Under the pieces are notes generated by a model that was not told the DNA's origin, ran no database searches, and was given only the letters and a program-made list of their open reading frames with translations. From an uncultured bacterium (GTDB lineage Bacteria > Oederibacteriota > Muellerivitia > Muellerivitales > Muellerivitaceae), in contig CAZUXW010000005.1 of assembly GCA_964624625.1 (NCBI GenBank), positions 4,681 to 68,680 on the forward strand: DNA of 64,000 bases, given 5' to 3'. Position 1 is the first letter of the stretch. Every line of letters starts with the position of its first letter. Below, in pieces: positions 48,032-57,134 of the stretch. The translations under genes were made by a program, and so were the position numbers.

Positions 48032-48877
48032 ATGGCGCTCGATAGGAGCCTGATCTCCCTTTGGTCCAGCTTTTTGAAAAAGAAAAAGGACTTAGCGGCA
48101 AGAGATGCCTTGGCAAAGCATTATTTTTTTTTAGTGGAGGCTGAGTCGAGAAGGCTGCTGGCCCGGCTGCCGGTCAGGGCCTATTGGGAAAAAAAAGATG
48201 ATTTGGGCTCGGCGGGCGTGATCGGACTTTTACAGGCCCTGGACCATTTTACGCCGCCGCAGGACAAGCGCGACGATCCGGGGCGGGCTTTTGAAGCTTA
48301 CGCTCGATACCGAATCCGCGGGCAGATGGTTGACGAGCTCCGGAGCCTGGATTTTGCCAGGCGGAATTTGCGTAAACAGGCCAGGGCGATTCAGGAAGCC
48401 GAAAAAAAGCTGGAAACCCGTTTGGGCAGGCAGCCCAGGGTTGAGGAAACCGCAAAAGCCTTAGCTATTCCGCTGGATGAGCTTTATGATTGGATCGCTG
48501 AGATTAACATGCTGAACCTTTTATCCCTCGACGCGGAAATGGGCGAAAACGGGGGAGGGGGAGCATCCTGGGCCGATGTTTTGCCCGACTCAAGGGCCGA
48601 GAATCCCCTTGATAAAGTTGAGAAACAGGAGAAAATTGAGCAGGTTACGGAAGCCTTGAAGGATTTAGGCGGGGCGGAACAAAAAGTCCTTCATTTGTAT
48701 TATGTTGAGACCTTAACCTTCAAGGAAATCGGAAAGGTCTTAAAGGTGAGCGAGTCAAGGGTTTGTCAGATCCACCACTTGGCGGTGTTTCGGCTCCAGG
48801 AACTTGTGGATGAGGGCAGGAAGCGCGGCGGGGGCCGCGGTCTGGAAAGGTTACGGGACCGTCATTTGAGAAAATGA
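48032..48877 (+). CDS. fliA: Flagellar sigma factor FliA (sigma-28)
   Basis: Region 2 GLLQALDHF...YARYRIRGQMVDELR. Region 4 LTFKEIGKVLKVSESRVCQIHHLAVFRLQ. Confidence 0.85.
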   Translation: MALDRSLISLWSSFLKKKKDLAARDALAKHYFFLVEAESRRLLARLPVRAYWEKKDDLGSAGVIGLLQALDHFTPPQDKRDDPGRAFEAYARYRIRGQMVDELRSLDFARRNLRKQARAIQEAEKKLETRLGRQPRVEETAKALAIPLDELYDWIAEINMLNLLSLDAEMGENGGGGASWADVLPDSRAENPLDKVEKQEKIEQVTEALKDLGGAEQKVLHLYYVETLTFKEIGKVLKVSESRVCQIHHLAVFRLQELVDEGRKRGGGRGLERLRDRHLRK

Positions 48878-48954
48878 TGGGTGCGGATGGAATGGTGGAT
48901 TGGGCTCGGCCCTTCGATAAGCCTCGGAAATCGATTACGTAAAGGCGGGAAAGT

Positions 48955-50406
48955 ATGCAAGAACTGGTATTTGTTGAAATAGCCGATAATGAAATGCAGG
49001 CGAAAGTAACCGTTGTCCCCCCCCAAGCCGAAACCGACCGATTCTCAACTATTGACGATGTTCGTGACGCGCTCAAACGCCGGAATGTGGTTTACGGAAT
49101 CGACGAAACCCGCCTGGCTGAAATTTCCGCTAAACTTTCCCAATTCGCCGCCTCCAAAAACATCAATGAACCCATTGAAATGGACGTCGCCTTTGGAACC
49201 CCCCTCGCGAATGGCGAGGATGCCAGGGTCGAATATCTTTACAAGAAAAGCGAGGAAGAGGTCCCCGAAGTTCCCGTCGTTGAGGATGAGGAGGGCCGGG
49301 TGGATTACAAGGCCGCCCATAAAATTGACAACATCCTGAAAGGGACACTGCTGGCCCGGAAGATCCCCCCGACCAAGGGCATGAAGGGAATGACGGTTAC
49401 CGGTAAAGCGACGGAAGCCAAGGACGGGACGGACATTGAGGTTAAATTGGGAAAGGGAGTGGTTGTTTCCCCCACTAATCCGGACGAATACCTGGCCGAC
49501 GCGGATGGCCAAGTCATTGTTAAAGACAACAAAATTTCCGTCCTGGCCCTCTATGAGGTCGCCGGAGACGTCAACCTTTCCACGGGTAATATCGACTTTA
49601 TCGGGACCGTCGTGGTTCGAGGCGACGTGAAAGACGGGTTTAAGGTCTACGCGGGAGAAGACATCATCGTGAACGGCGTGGTGGAAGGGGCCGAAATTAA
49701 ATGCGGCGGTAAATTGACCATCGGGGGCGGCGTCAGCGGAAATGACAAGGCGAAAATCATCTGCCCCGGCGACGCCGCGATCAAGTATATCCGTAACGCC
49801 GAGGTGAACGTGGGAGGCAGCCTCACGACCGCCCAGGCCATCATGCATAGTAAAGTGACCGTCGGCAATAAAGTGACGGTCGCCGGTAAGAAGGGCGTTA
49901 TCGTCGGGGGACAGGTAATCGCAGGACGGGAAGTCTTTGCCGCCTCCATGGGATCCAATTTCGCCACTCCGACCGAAGTGATCGTGGGTGAGGCGGTGGG
50001 GTTGCGGGATGAATTGCAAAAAATGGATGTCGAACTCAAGGCGGCGGTTGAGAATCTGGATAAAACCAAAAAGGGAATCCAATTCCTCAAGGATCTGGCG
50101 GTGAAAATGGGCGGCACCTTGCCGCCTGACAAGAAAGAACTGTTGACCAAATTAACCAGGGCCCAGTTCGCCCTGATGGCTTCCACCAAGTCCCTGGCTG
50201 AAAAGAAACAAGATTTGGAAAAGAAAGAACAGGAAGGCGCGGATGACCGCCGCCGGCACGCCAAGGTCATGTGCATGGGAGTCATTCACACCGGCGTGAA
50301 GATCACCATCAATAAAGCGTCCCGTCAAATTTCGGAAGAGCTGAAATATTGCACCTTGACCGAGTCCGATGGTGAAGTCAAAGTTGGACCCTTCAAGGGT
50401 AATTGA
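48955..50406 (+). CDS. FapA family (DUF342) flagellar assembly protein, beta-helical
   Basis: N-terminal MQELVFVEIADNEMQAKVTVVPP...VYGIDE. Repetitive G-x-V/I beta-helix region. C-terminal coiled coil. Confidence 0.65.
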   Translation: MQELVFVEIADNEMQAKVTVVPPQAETDRFSTIDDVRDALKRRNVVYGIDETRLAEISAKLSQFAASKNINEPIEMDVAFGTPLANGEDARVEYLYKKSEEEVPEVPVVEDEEGRVDYKAAHKIDNILKGTLLARKIPPTKGMKGMTVTGKATEAKDGTDIEVKLGKGVVVSPTNPDEYLADADGQVIVKDNKISVLALYEVAGDVNLSTGNIDFIGTVVVRGDVKDGFKVYAGEDIIVNGVVEGAEIKCGGKLTIGGGVSGNDKAKIICPGDAAIKYIRNAEVNVGGSLTTAQAIMHSKVTVGNKVTVAGKKGVIVGGQVIAGREVFAASMGSNFATPTEVIVGEAVGLRDELQKMDVELKAAVENLDKTKKGIQFLKDLAVKMGGTLPPDKKELLTKLTRAQFALMASTKSLAEKKQDLEKKEQEGADDRRRHAKVMCMGVIHTGVKITINKASRQISEELKYCTLTESDGEVKVGPFKGN

Positions 50407-50416
50407 GCGGTTTGGA

Positions 50417-50752
50417 ATGAGGGGACTTGACGGAAATTATCTGAACACCCAGGGAGACGCTTCGGCCCGGATGCAGGTAAATTACCAGGCGGAAATCAAC
50501 CGCCAGCAACTCATGGCGCAGCTCGAGGGCGTGGAATCCCTTCGAAAACTGCGGGAGCAAGTCAATCAGGCCGAAAAGCAGGGGTCCTCGCCGGGTCCGC
50601 GGCAAGTGGCGGAAGACCAGGGATCCGAAGCCAGAGACGGAGATCGGGAACAAAATTCCGCCAAGCGGAAGAGTGAAAAGCCGAAAGAAGAATCAGCTGG
50701 CACCGAGCCGGCCGACAAAGCGACGAAGTCTCATATTGATATAAGGGTTTAA
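50417..50752 (+). CDS. Hypothetical coiled-coil protein with acidic/basic C-terminal tail (flagellar-cluster gene)
   Basis: ATG at 50417. The ORF is open from 50369 but that part overlaps fapA. No family recognised. Confidence 0.4.
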   Translation: MRGLDGNYLNTQGDASARMQVNYQAEINRQQLMAQLEGVESLRKLREQVNQAEKQGSSPGPRQVAEDQGSEARDGDREQNSAKRKSEKPKEESAGTEPADKATKSHIDIRV

Positions 50753-50753
50753 A

Positions 50754-51419
50754 ATGGATTTATTTTTCATTCTTCAAATTCTTTTTGACGCCGTCTTTTT
50801 ATTCGGCGTTTTATTCCTGTTTCACTACACGGTGAACCATTCCCAAAAGAAGAAGGAAGAGTCGGAGATATTGAAAAATGTCCAAGTCCAAGAGATTAAG
50901 GAAAATCTACAGGAGCTGTTGTTGACGCTGAAACAACTCGGCAGGGAAGTTTCCGAAAACATCCAGGAACAGGTAAGGGAAGCGGAGGAAAAAACCGAGG
51001 TCTTTAAGAAGGTCCTTCAGAGGCTTCAAAAGGACTTAAGCCGGGCCCGGGACCTGGCGGAAGAAGTGAGCGATGAAAAGACCAGGTTGGAAGCGAAGGT
51101 TAAGGTCATTCAAACCGCGAAGAAAAGAAGCCCTAAAAAAAACATCGAAAGGGAAATGGACTCGGATCCATCGCTGATGGAAAAGGGCGGGACGGAGCCG
51201 GGCCTCGCGGAAACAAGTTTGGAGAAGCCGGTTAAAAAGGGAAAGACCTTTGACCGGGTCGGAACCATTGGGTTCTCCTCGGCGCTCGTGAGGGAAGTTT
51301 ACCGTTTGGTGGACTCCAACATGGGCGTGAATGAGATTATCAAGCAAACCCGGTTGAGCCGCGCCGAAGTGCAGTTAATCTTAAATTTACGCGACAACCG
51401 TTTTACGACACCCAATTAA
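50754..51419 (+). CDS. Hypothetical membrane-anchored coiled-coil protein with C-terminal HTH-like segment
   Basis: N-terminal TM LFFILQILFDAVFLFGVLFLF. Long K/E-rich coiled coil. C-terminal VREVYRLVDSNMGVNEIIKQTRLSRAEVQLILNL resembles a sigma-region-4/LuxR-type HTH. Confidence 0.4.
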   Translation: MDLFFILQILFDAVFLFGVLFLFHYTVNHSQKKKEESEILKNVQVQEIKENLQELLLTLKQLGREVSENIQEQVREAEEKTEVFKKVLQRLQKDLSRARDLAEEVSDEKTRLEAKVKVIQTAKKRSPKKNIEREMDSDPSLMEKGGTEPGLAETSLEKPVKKGKTFDRVGTIGFSSALVREVYRLVDSNMGVNEIIKQTRLSRAEVQLILNLRDNRFTTPN

Positions 51420-51434
51420 AAAAAGTTTGGGCTG

Positions 51435-52121
51435 TTGATTTTTAGGCCGTGGTCAAGGGTGTGGGTTATGGAGCAGGTTTATCCAACGGAGGGCGGGGCC
51501 TCGTCGTTGTGGAGCGGTAAAAACCAAGGAAAGAGTTCATCCCAGGCTCCGGTTTACCCCCTGGGGGTTGTTGAAAAGGCCGTGGGGTCCGGAAATTTTT
51601 TGGTGGTTTTGGAAGATGGAAGCCGGATTGAGGTCAGGGGTTCTTCGGAATTGAAGCCGGGGAGCCGGGTTCGTTTATCGCCTCCCCCGGGCCGTTTGAC
51701 CGGAGGGGATTCGGCTCCCGGAGTGGAGGTCCCCCCGGGGGAAACGGCGGAAGGTCTTCAATGGCTTATTTTGATTCCCTTGGCCTTTGGGGGGGAGAAC
51801 GCCTCGGGCCGCCTGGAGGTTTTTGTTGAGAGGCAAAAAGAGGGACTGGGCTCCAAGCCGGAGGTCGCGACTTATTTTGTTTTTACGGTTCAAACGGACG
51901 CCAACGGCGAGGTTCAGTGGAGCATCTATCTGAAGGGGCGTCAAATCGCCCTTCAGGTTTTTTCTCAGGGCCCCAAGGGCGATAAGGAATCCTTGAAGCG
52001 ATTATTGGAAAGTGTTGAAGAGGCCTTGAAAAAGGGCGGATTTGTGATCATGGCGCCGGGAGTCTTGTTGAGCCGTCCTTTCAAGGTTCCGGCGGGTTTT
52101 CGTTTGAATGTCCAAGGGTGA
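51435..52121 (+). CDS. Putative FliK-like hook-length control (Flg_hook domain) protein
   Basis: LQWLILIPLAFGGENASGRLEVFVERQ...FTVQTDANGEVQWSIYLKGRQIALQVF...LKRLLESVEEALKKGGF follows the Flg_hook pattern L.P.eLG.v.v.l...v.l.a...L...L...G. Followed by an FlhB-C-like gene, a common pairing. Confidence 0.35.
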   Translation: MIFRPWSRVWVMEQVYPTEGGASSLWSGKNQGKSSSQAPVYPLGVVEKAVGSGNFLVVLEDGSRIEVRGSSELKPGSRVRLSPPPGRLTGGDSAPGVEVPPGETAEGLQWLILIPLAFGGENASGRLEVFVERQKEGLGSKPEVATYFVFTVQTDANGEVQWSIYLKGRQIALQVFSQGPKGDKESLKRLLESVEEALKKGGFVIMAPGVLLSRPFKVPAGFRLNVQG

Positions 52122-52428
52122 TGGAATGAGTCCTCCGGAGGAATCGCCGAAAAGAAGGGGCCAGCGGAAAACGGCCGTGGCGATACAATATGACCGGGCG
52201 ACAATGCCGGCCCCCCAGATGGTGGCGAAGGGAAGGGGCGTGGTCGCTGAAAAACTGATCGCGATGGCCAGGGAAAACGGCATTCCGATCGTGGAAAATA
52301 AGCTTCTGGTGGAAATGCTGGATAAATTGAATTTAAACCAGCAGATTCCTGGCGAGTTGTACCAAGTGGTGGCCGAGATTTTAGTCGCTGTTTATAAGGC
52401 TGAGGCTGGGATGAAAAAGAAATCTTGA
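52108..52428 (+). CDS. FlhB C-terminal domain protein (FlhX / YlqH-like, EscU/YscU/HrcU family)
   Basis: AVAIQYDRATMPAPQMVAKGRGVVAEKLIAMARENGIPIVENKLLVEMLDKL aligns closely with FlhB residues [49 protein letters not shown] in this same window. Confidence 0.75.
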   Translation: MSKGDGMSPPEESPKRRGQRKTAVAIQYDRATMPAPQMVAKGRGVVAEKLIAMARENGIPIVENKLLVEMLDKLNLNQQIPGELYQVVAEILVAVYKAEAGMKKKS

Positions 52429-52461
52429 TGGATTTAACAGCGTTGGATCAACGCGAGAAGG

Positions 52462-54612
52462 GTGACGGCAACGGTGCGAAATAACTACCTCAATAACAAT
52501 ATTTTATCCCCCGGCTACAGGCGGTTTTTGGGAGGCCTGGCTTTGGGTCTCCAGGTTTTTCTAATGTCCGCGGCTTGGGCCAACGCCCAGTCCGGCATCG
52601 TGACGAGGCCGGTTTTCGACCGTAAGGAGACCTTCGGGATCGGGCCCAGGGCCATGGGGATGGGCGGAGCCTTCACCGCGGTGGCGGATGATTCCTCGGC
52701 GGTCTATTGGAACGTGGCGGGGTTGGCCCAGCTCTCGGCCTATGAAATATCCATTTCCAGCGCGCCGGTTTATTTCCGGGATAAGGTGGGCACGGCGGAC
52801 GCCTTCGGGTTTCCCTGGTTCGCGTCCCTGCAGTTCATGATGCCGATCGCCAATGACAATACCTTCGGCATCTCCTATTTCCGGCCCTTTCATCCCCAGA
52901 GGGATTTTTACGCGGGGGACACCACCATGTCCCAGGGCAACCGGGAAGAGGGAAGCTACTTTCAAAACCCGAGCTTCCAGCAGGACGAATTGATATTGTC
53001 CTACGCGGCGAGATTCTCGTCGGTCAAGAATTTTTCCATCGGCGTCAACGTGAAGCGGATCACGAACGACCCCTATTACATCCGTTTTTTGGGAGATTCC
53101 CAATCCGAGACCCTGATCGCCCAACAGTTACAAAGCCCCGTCCGGGTGGTGGGCTTTGGCGTGGACTTGGGGCTTTTGTACCGAATCCCCATCACCAAGT
53201 ATTCGGAGGAGTTCCGGATCGGATTGTCCTTGAAGGACATGGTGACCACCGCCACCTACTCGAACGGTTTCAAATTGACCGATCCCGGCGCCAACATTTT
53301 ATTCGACGAGGGAACCGGCGATATCCCCGTCGCCCCGGAAATTACCCTGGGCCTCGCCTACAAGAATAATTTTCTCTTCAAGGTCCGCAACATCACGGCT
53401 TTTGATTTCGACCAGATATCCTCGCCCAATGTTTCCGACGCGGAAAATAAGATCCTCCGGTTTGGAACGGAGTTTTGGCTTTTCAAGGACGTACTGGGCC
53501 TTAGGACCGGCTATTCGACCTTCTTAAGCCGTCCCGGGTTCATTCATCTGGGGTTAAGCGTCCGGGCCCTCAACGGCGATTTCCAAACGGACGTGGCCTA
53601 CATCATGCCGGTCGCTCCCTCGGCCAGCGTCTCGGAAGGATCCCAGACCGGCTACATCAATACTGGCGGGATTAACTTCGAGCCTTTCCACATCGGGATT
53701 TCCTATCGGTTCGGCGGCGGGGAAGAAGTTCCACCGGCGAAGGTTAAAGCCTTTGTCCGTCCTGCTTCCTTCACGCCTTCCCAGGGCGAGAAGGCCGGTT
53801 TTTATCTCGACACCACTGAGGATGTTTCCATCAACCGTTGGAGCGTCTTGATCTATGACTCCTCCAATCACCTGGTGAGGGGATTGCGCGGAAAAGGCTC
53901 CCCCCCGACGAAACTGCTTTGGAGCGGGGAGAATGACCAGTACGAGCCCTTGCCTCCCGGTGTTTATACTTGGGCCTTTCAAGTCCTCGACCAATTGGAC
54001 CATGTCGGCTCCACCCCGGTGCAAACGGTCGAGATTTTAGGGCCTTCCTCGGCGGACACCCTGAAGGATCCCGGCAAATTGCTGGCGATTCGCCAGCAGC
54101 AAGCGGAACTTTTGGCCCAAGAACGCCAACAGTTGACGGCCCTGGCCCAAGAAAACCTCAAAAAACTGCTGGGTGTCCCGGAAGCGACCCCCACGACAGC
54201 CAACGCGGCCCAGACCCCCGTGGAAGCCAATGGCAACACCTTGGTACCGGAAGCCGGTACGGTTCCCGCCTTGGGCTTTAATAACGTGGCAAAAGACCAG
54301 GTTTTAAACACCCACTTCGATAAAAACCCCGAGGGGGACACGATTATCGTGGTGAGCTACAGGTCAAACCTCACTTTTGTGCCCTATCTTTACCAGGAAG
54401 CGGCGGAAGTGATCAAAACAAGCGTAAATTCGGTCGGAACAGGTTTAAAAGGGATATCAACTCGTGTATATTATGGCAAAAATGAGCTTACCCTGGAGAC
54501 AACGACGCAGGCGGCGGCGAACTTTGCCTCGGGGAAAATTGACCAGATGAAATTATTGCAATTGTCCGATATTAAAATAAACGGTGCGAAGGTAGGCCCG
54601 AATGGTTACTAG
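52462..54612 (+). CDS. Outer-membrane beta-barrel protein with PorV/PorQ/FadL-like N-terminal signature, fused to a FlgD-Ig-like domain and a Gln-rich C-terminal region
   Basis: Signal peptide. IGPRAMGMGGAFTAVADDSSAVYWNVAGLA (PorV-family hallmark). Alternating amphipathic beta-strands over ~400 aa. Then SVLIYDSSNHLVRGL...LLWSGENDQYEPLPPGVYTWAFQV (FlgD_ig-like). Confidence 0.55.
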   Translation: MTATVRNNYLNNNILSPGYRRFLGGLALGLQVFLMSAAWANAQSGIVTRPVFDRKETFGIGPRAMGMGGAFTAVADDSSAVYWNVAGLAQLSAYEISISSAPVYFRDKVGTADAFGFPWFASLQFMMPIANDNTFGISYFRPFHPQRDFYAGDTTMSQGNREEGSYFQNPSFQQDELILSYAARFSSVKNFSIGVNVKRITNDPYYIRFLGDSQSETLIAQQLQSPVRVVGFGVDLGLLYRIPITKYSEEFRIGLSLKDMVTTATYSNGFKLTDPGANILFDEGTGDIPVAPEITLGLAYKNNFLFKVRNITAFDFDQISSPNVSDAENKILRFGTEFWLFKDVLGLRTGYSTFLSRPGFIHLGLSVRALNGDFQTDVAYIMPVAPSASVSEGSQTGYINTGGINFEPFHIGISYRFGGGEEVPPAKVKAFVRPASFTPSQGEKAGFYLDTTEDVSINRWSVLIYDSSNHLVRGLRGKGSPPTKLLWSGENDQYEPLPPGVYTWAFQVLDQLDHVGSTPVQTVEILGPSSADTLKDPGKLLAIRQQQAELLAQERQQLTALAQENLKKLLGVPEATPTTANAAQTPVEANGNTLVPEAGTVPALGFNNVAKDQVLNTHFDKNPEGDTIIVVSYRSNLTFVPYLYQEAAEVIKTSVNSVGTGLKGISTRVYYGKNELTLETTTQAAANFASGKIDQMKLLQLSDIKINGAKVGPNGY

Positions 54613-56179
54613 AGTCCTAGTAGCGACCCTTTTACTTTTTTCGCTTGGCGCATCCAAGGGTTTCGCTGCGTTTGATAAAGGGGGAGTTTCGGGTTTAGGG
54701 GCCCGTCCTTTGGGTATGGGCGGGGCCTTCTCCACTATCGCGGATACGGGCGACGCCATATTTTATAATCCCGCGGGATTGGTCCAGGTATTAAGGCCTG
54801 AGGTTTCCGGCATGGGCGCTGTTCTTTTAAACGGAAAAGAAGACTTGTTTGACTTGGCCTATGTCCAGCCCTTTGGGGATCAAATGGCTTGGGCCCTGGC
54901 GACCCAGCAGTTGTTCTTCACCGATGGTTCCGAAAATGAGAGGATTTATTACGGAACCTTTGCCGCCCCATTGGCCATTGATAAATCGATATCCTTTGGC
55001 TTGAACATCAAGCTTTTCACCGTTGATTCGGCGACCCAGCCTGGGCAACAGGCCAGCGGCATCGGGTTGGATATGGGTTTTCTCTACCACATCCCCATCC
55101 TCAACCCCCGTTACGGAAAACAGCTTAATATCGGCTTGTCCGCGGAGGATTTGGACACCAAAATCCGCTACCAAGCCGGCAATGAGGATCCCATCCCCTT
55201 GAGGGTCCGCGGCGGGTTTAGCTATCAATTTACCGACGACTTGGTGACGGCGTTTGAGTTTTCCGATTTCAACGACCCGAACCTGGGCTCCCATCACACT
55301 TTGCTCTTGGCCGGAATTGAAGGCTGGTTTTTTGAGGATCAATTGGGATTGCGGACGGGATATACGGGCTTCCAAACCTTGGACGGCCAATTTACCGCCG
55401 GTATCAGCTACAGGTCCAAGACCTGGGGGATCGACTACGCCTACATCGGCCATGCCCAATTCCTCGGTTCTTCCCACCGCATCTCGGCCAATTGGCGTTT
55501 TGGCGATTCCTTCCTAGGCAAGGTCAAGAGCTTCATCCCGGAGGGCGTGACGGCTTATGTGGAGGGGGATATTATTACCTTGCGGTGGAATAACTCACCC
55601 TCGCTTTCCCTGGCTGGTTACAACGTTTATTTCAGCAAAACCACCGGGAGCGGCTATGTCAAGATCAACCAAAAGGCCGTTAAGGCCAACTATTATTCCC
55701 TCCGGGGCCTCGAGAAGAACACCAAGTATTATTTCGTGGTGAGTTCCGTCACCAACACGATTCCTCCGGTGGAGAGCCAATTTTCCCGCGAGATTTACGC
55801 GGGAACGACCGCCGCTCCCGGCGCTCCCGTGGTGGTCCAGAGCGATGTTCAAAATGAGGGCGTGATCGATATCGCCAAACAAGTGGGGATGGCCGGATTC
55901 CCGGATCCCGCCAAGAATAACCTGAAGGGTTATAATATTTACGTTTCCGAGGTATCGGGAGGCCGCGAGGACAAGATCAACGTCCAACCCCTCGCTAATT
56001 TGCCGACCTACCTGGTCCGGAAGCTGAAGGTTGGCCAGAAATATTTCTTTACCTTTACCTCGGTTGGATTGGATGGATCCGAAAGCGCCCATTCCAAGGA
56101 GTCGGGCGTGGTAGCCTTGCCATTCAGCGCGGTGATGCAGCCGGCCGGTACAAGTGTTAATCAACCTGCGACCAAATAA
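54602..56179 (+). CDS. Outer-membrane beta-barrel protein (PorV/PorQ/FadL-like signature) with two C-terminal fibronectin type III domains
   Basis: Signal peptide. LGARPLGMGGAFSTIADTGDAIFYNPAGL. Barrel ~300 aa. FN3 repeats (ITLRWNNSPSLSLAGYNVYFSK...KYYFVVSSV; LKGYNIYVSE...KYFFTFTSV). Confidence 0.55.
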   Translation: MVTRVLVATLLLFSLGASKGFAAFDKGGVSGLGARPLGMGGAFSTIADTGDAIFYNPAGLVQVLRPEVSGMGAVLLNGKEDLFDLAYVQPFGDQMAWALATQQLFFTDGSENERIYYGTFAAPLAIDKSISFGLNIKLFTVDSATQPGQQASGIGLDMGFLYHIPILNPRYGKQLNIGLSAEDLDTKIRYQAGNEDPIPLRVRGGFSYQFTDDLVTAFEFSDFNDPNLGSHHTLLLAGIEGWFFEDQLGLRTGYTGFQTLDGQFTAGISYRSKTWGIDYAYIGHAQFLGSSHRISANWRFGDSFLGKVKSFIPEGVTAYVEGDIITLRWNNSPSLSLAGYNVYFSKTTGSGYVKINQKAVKANYYSLRGLEKNTKYYFVVSSVTNTIPPVESQFSREIYAGTTAAPGAPVVVQSDVQNEGVIDIAKQVGMAGFPDPAKNNLKGYNIYVSEVSGGREDKINVQPLANLPTYLVRKLKVGQKYFFTFTSVGLDGSESAHSKESGVVALPFSAVMQPAGTSVNQPATK

Positions 56180-56189
56180 GGAGCCTTGA

Positions 56190-56975
56190 ATGCCCAGTGG
56201 ACTTTACATAGCGGCTTCGGGAATGGATTCCACCATTACCCGGGAAAACGTCATCTCGAACAACCTGGCCAATTTAAGCACGGTTGGGTTTAAGCAAAAC
56301 CGGGCGGTGGACGTCGCTTTTCCAACCTATTTGATCGCGCGGCTGCACGACCAGAAGATGAAGGTGATGGATGGAACCGCCGAGCTTCGGCCCAACATCG
56401 GTTTCATGGGCGGAGGCGTCATCCCGCAGGAAGTCGCGACGGATTATTCCCAAGGTTCAAGGCTGGAAACCAAGAATCCGCTGGATTTCGCCCTGACGGG
56501 CCCAGGTTTTTTCTCGGTTTTGTCGCCGGAGGGGAAGACCTACTTGACCAGGGCCGGAAGTTTCAGCCTGGATTCCAACGGGCGCCTGGTGACTTCGGAC
56601 GGCCTGCCGGTTTTGGGCCATAACGGGGAGATCTATATCGACGGTTCCAAGGTCACGGCGGATGAGGAAGGCAACCTGACGGTGGATGGAAAAGCCCAGG
56701 ACCAGCTGTTGATCGTCAAGGTGAAAGACGAGAACCAACTGTTCAAAGTGGGGCATTCCCTGTTTCAGGCCACGCCCCAAAACAAGATCGACATGTCCCC
56801 GGATGGCATTCAGGTTCAACAGGGCTTTTTGGAACAGTCCAACGTGAACGCCATCCAGGAGATGGTCAATATGATTGAGGTTTCCAGGTCTTATGAGCTG
56901 AACGCGAAAATTGTTTCGCTGTACGACCAAGTTTTGGGAGAAGCTTCATCCCAAATTGGCGCTTTGAGGGCTTAG
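56190..56975 (+). CDS. flgF: Flagellar basal-body rod protein FlgF
   Basis: MPSGLYIAASGMDSTITRENVISNNLANLSTVGFK. C-terminal GFLEQSNVNAIQEMVNMIEVSRSYE. Confidence 0.8.
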   Translation: MPSGLYIAASGMDSTITRENVISNNLANLSTVGFKQNRAVDVAFPTYLIARLHDQKMKVMDGTAELRPNIGFMGGGVIPQEVATDYSQGSRLETKNPLDFALTGPGFFSVLSPEGKTYLTRAGSFSLDSNGRLVTSDGLPVLGHNGEIYIDGSKVTADEEGNLTVDGKAQDQLLIVKVKDENQLFKVGHSLFQATPQNKIDMSPDGIQVQQGFLEQSNVNAIQEMVNMIEVSRSYELNAKIVSLYDQVLGEASSQIGALRA

Positions 56976-57134
56976 TGGTTGTGGGCCTGGCGGGCCTTGA
57001 GCTTGCCGGGGTAGTGGTAAAACGGCCGGACTGCAATGCGGAGGCCGTTCTCACCGCCGAATGATGGACGCGGTGAAAAAATCGGGAGCAAAAGCCCCAG
57101 CGGGCCGATAGTCCCCGAATCTTGAGGAGGCATT

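Noticed and set aside
49045-50082. 345-aa minus-strand ORF antisense to fapA; similarly 57051..57980 (antisense flgG), 32544..33230 and 33503..34324 (antisense fliH/fliI), 45314..45889, 9356..9958
   Set aside because: All lie antisense to strongly supported flagellar or enzyme genes in an operon that is uniformly + strand. These are GC-driven spurious ORFs.
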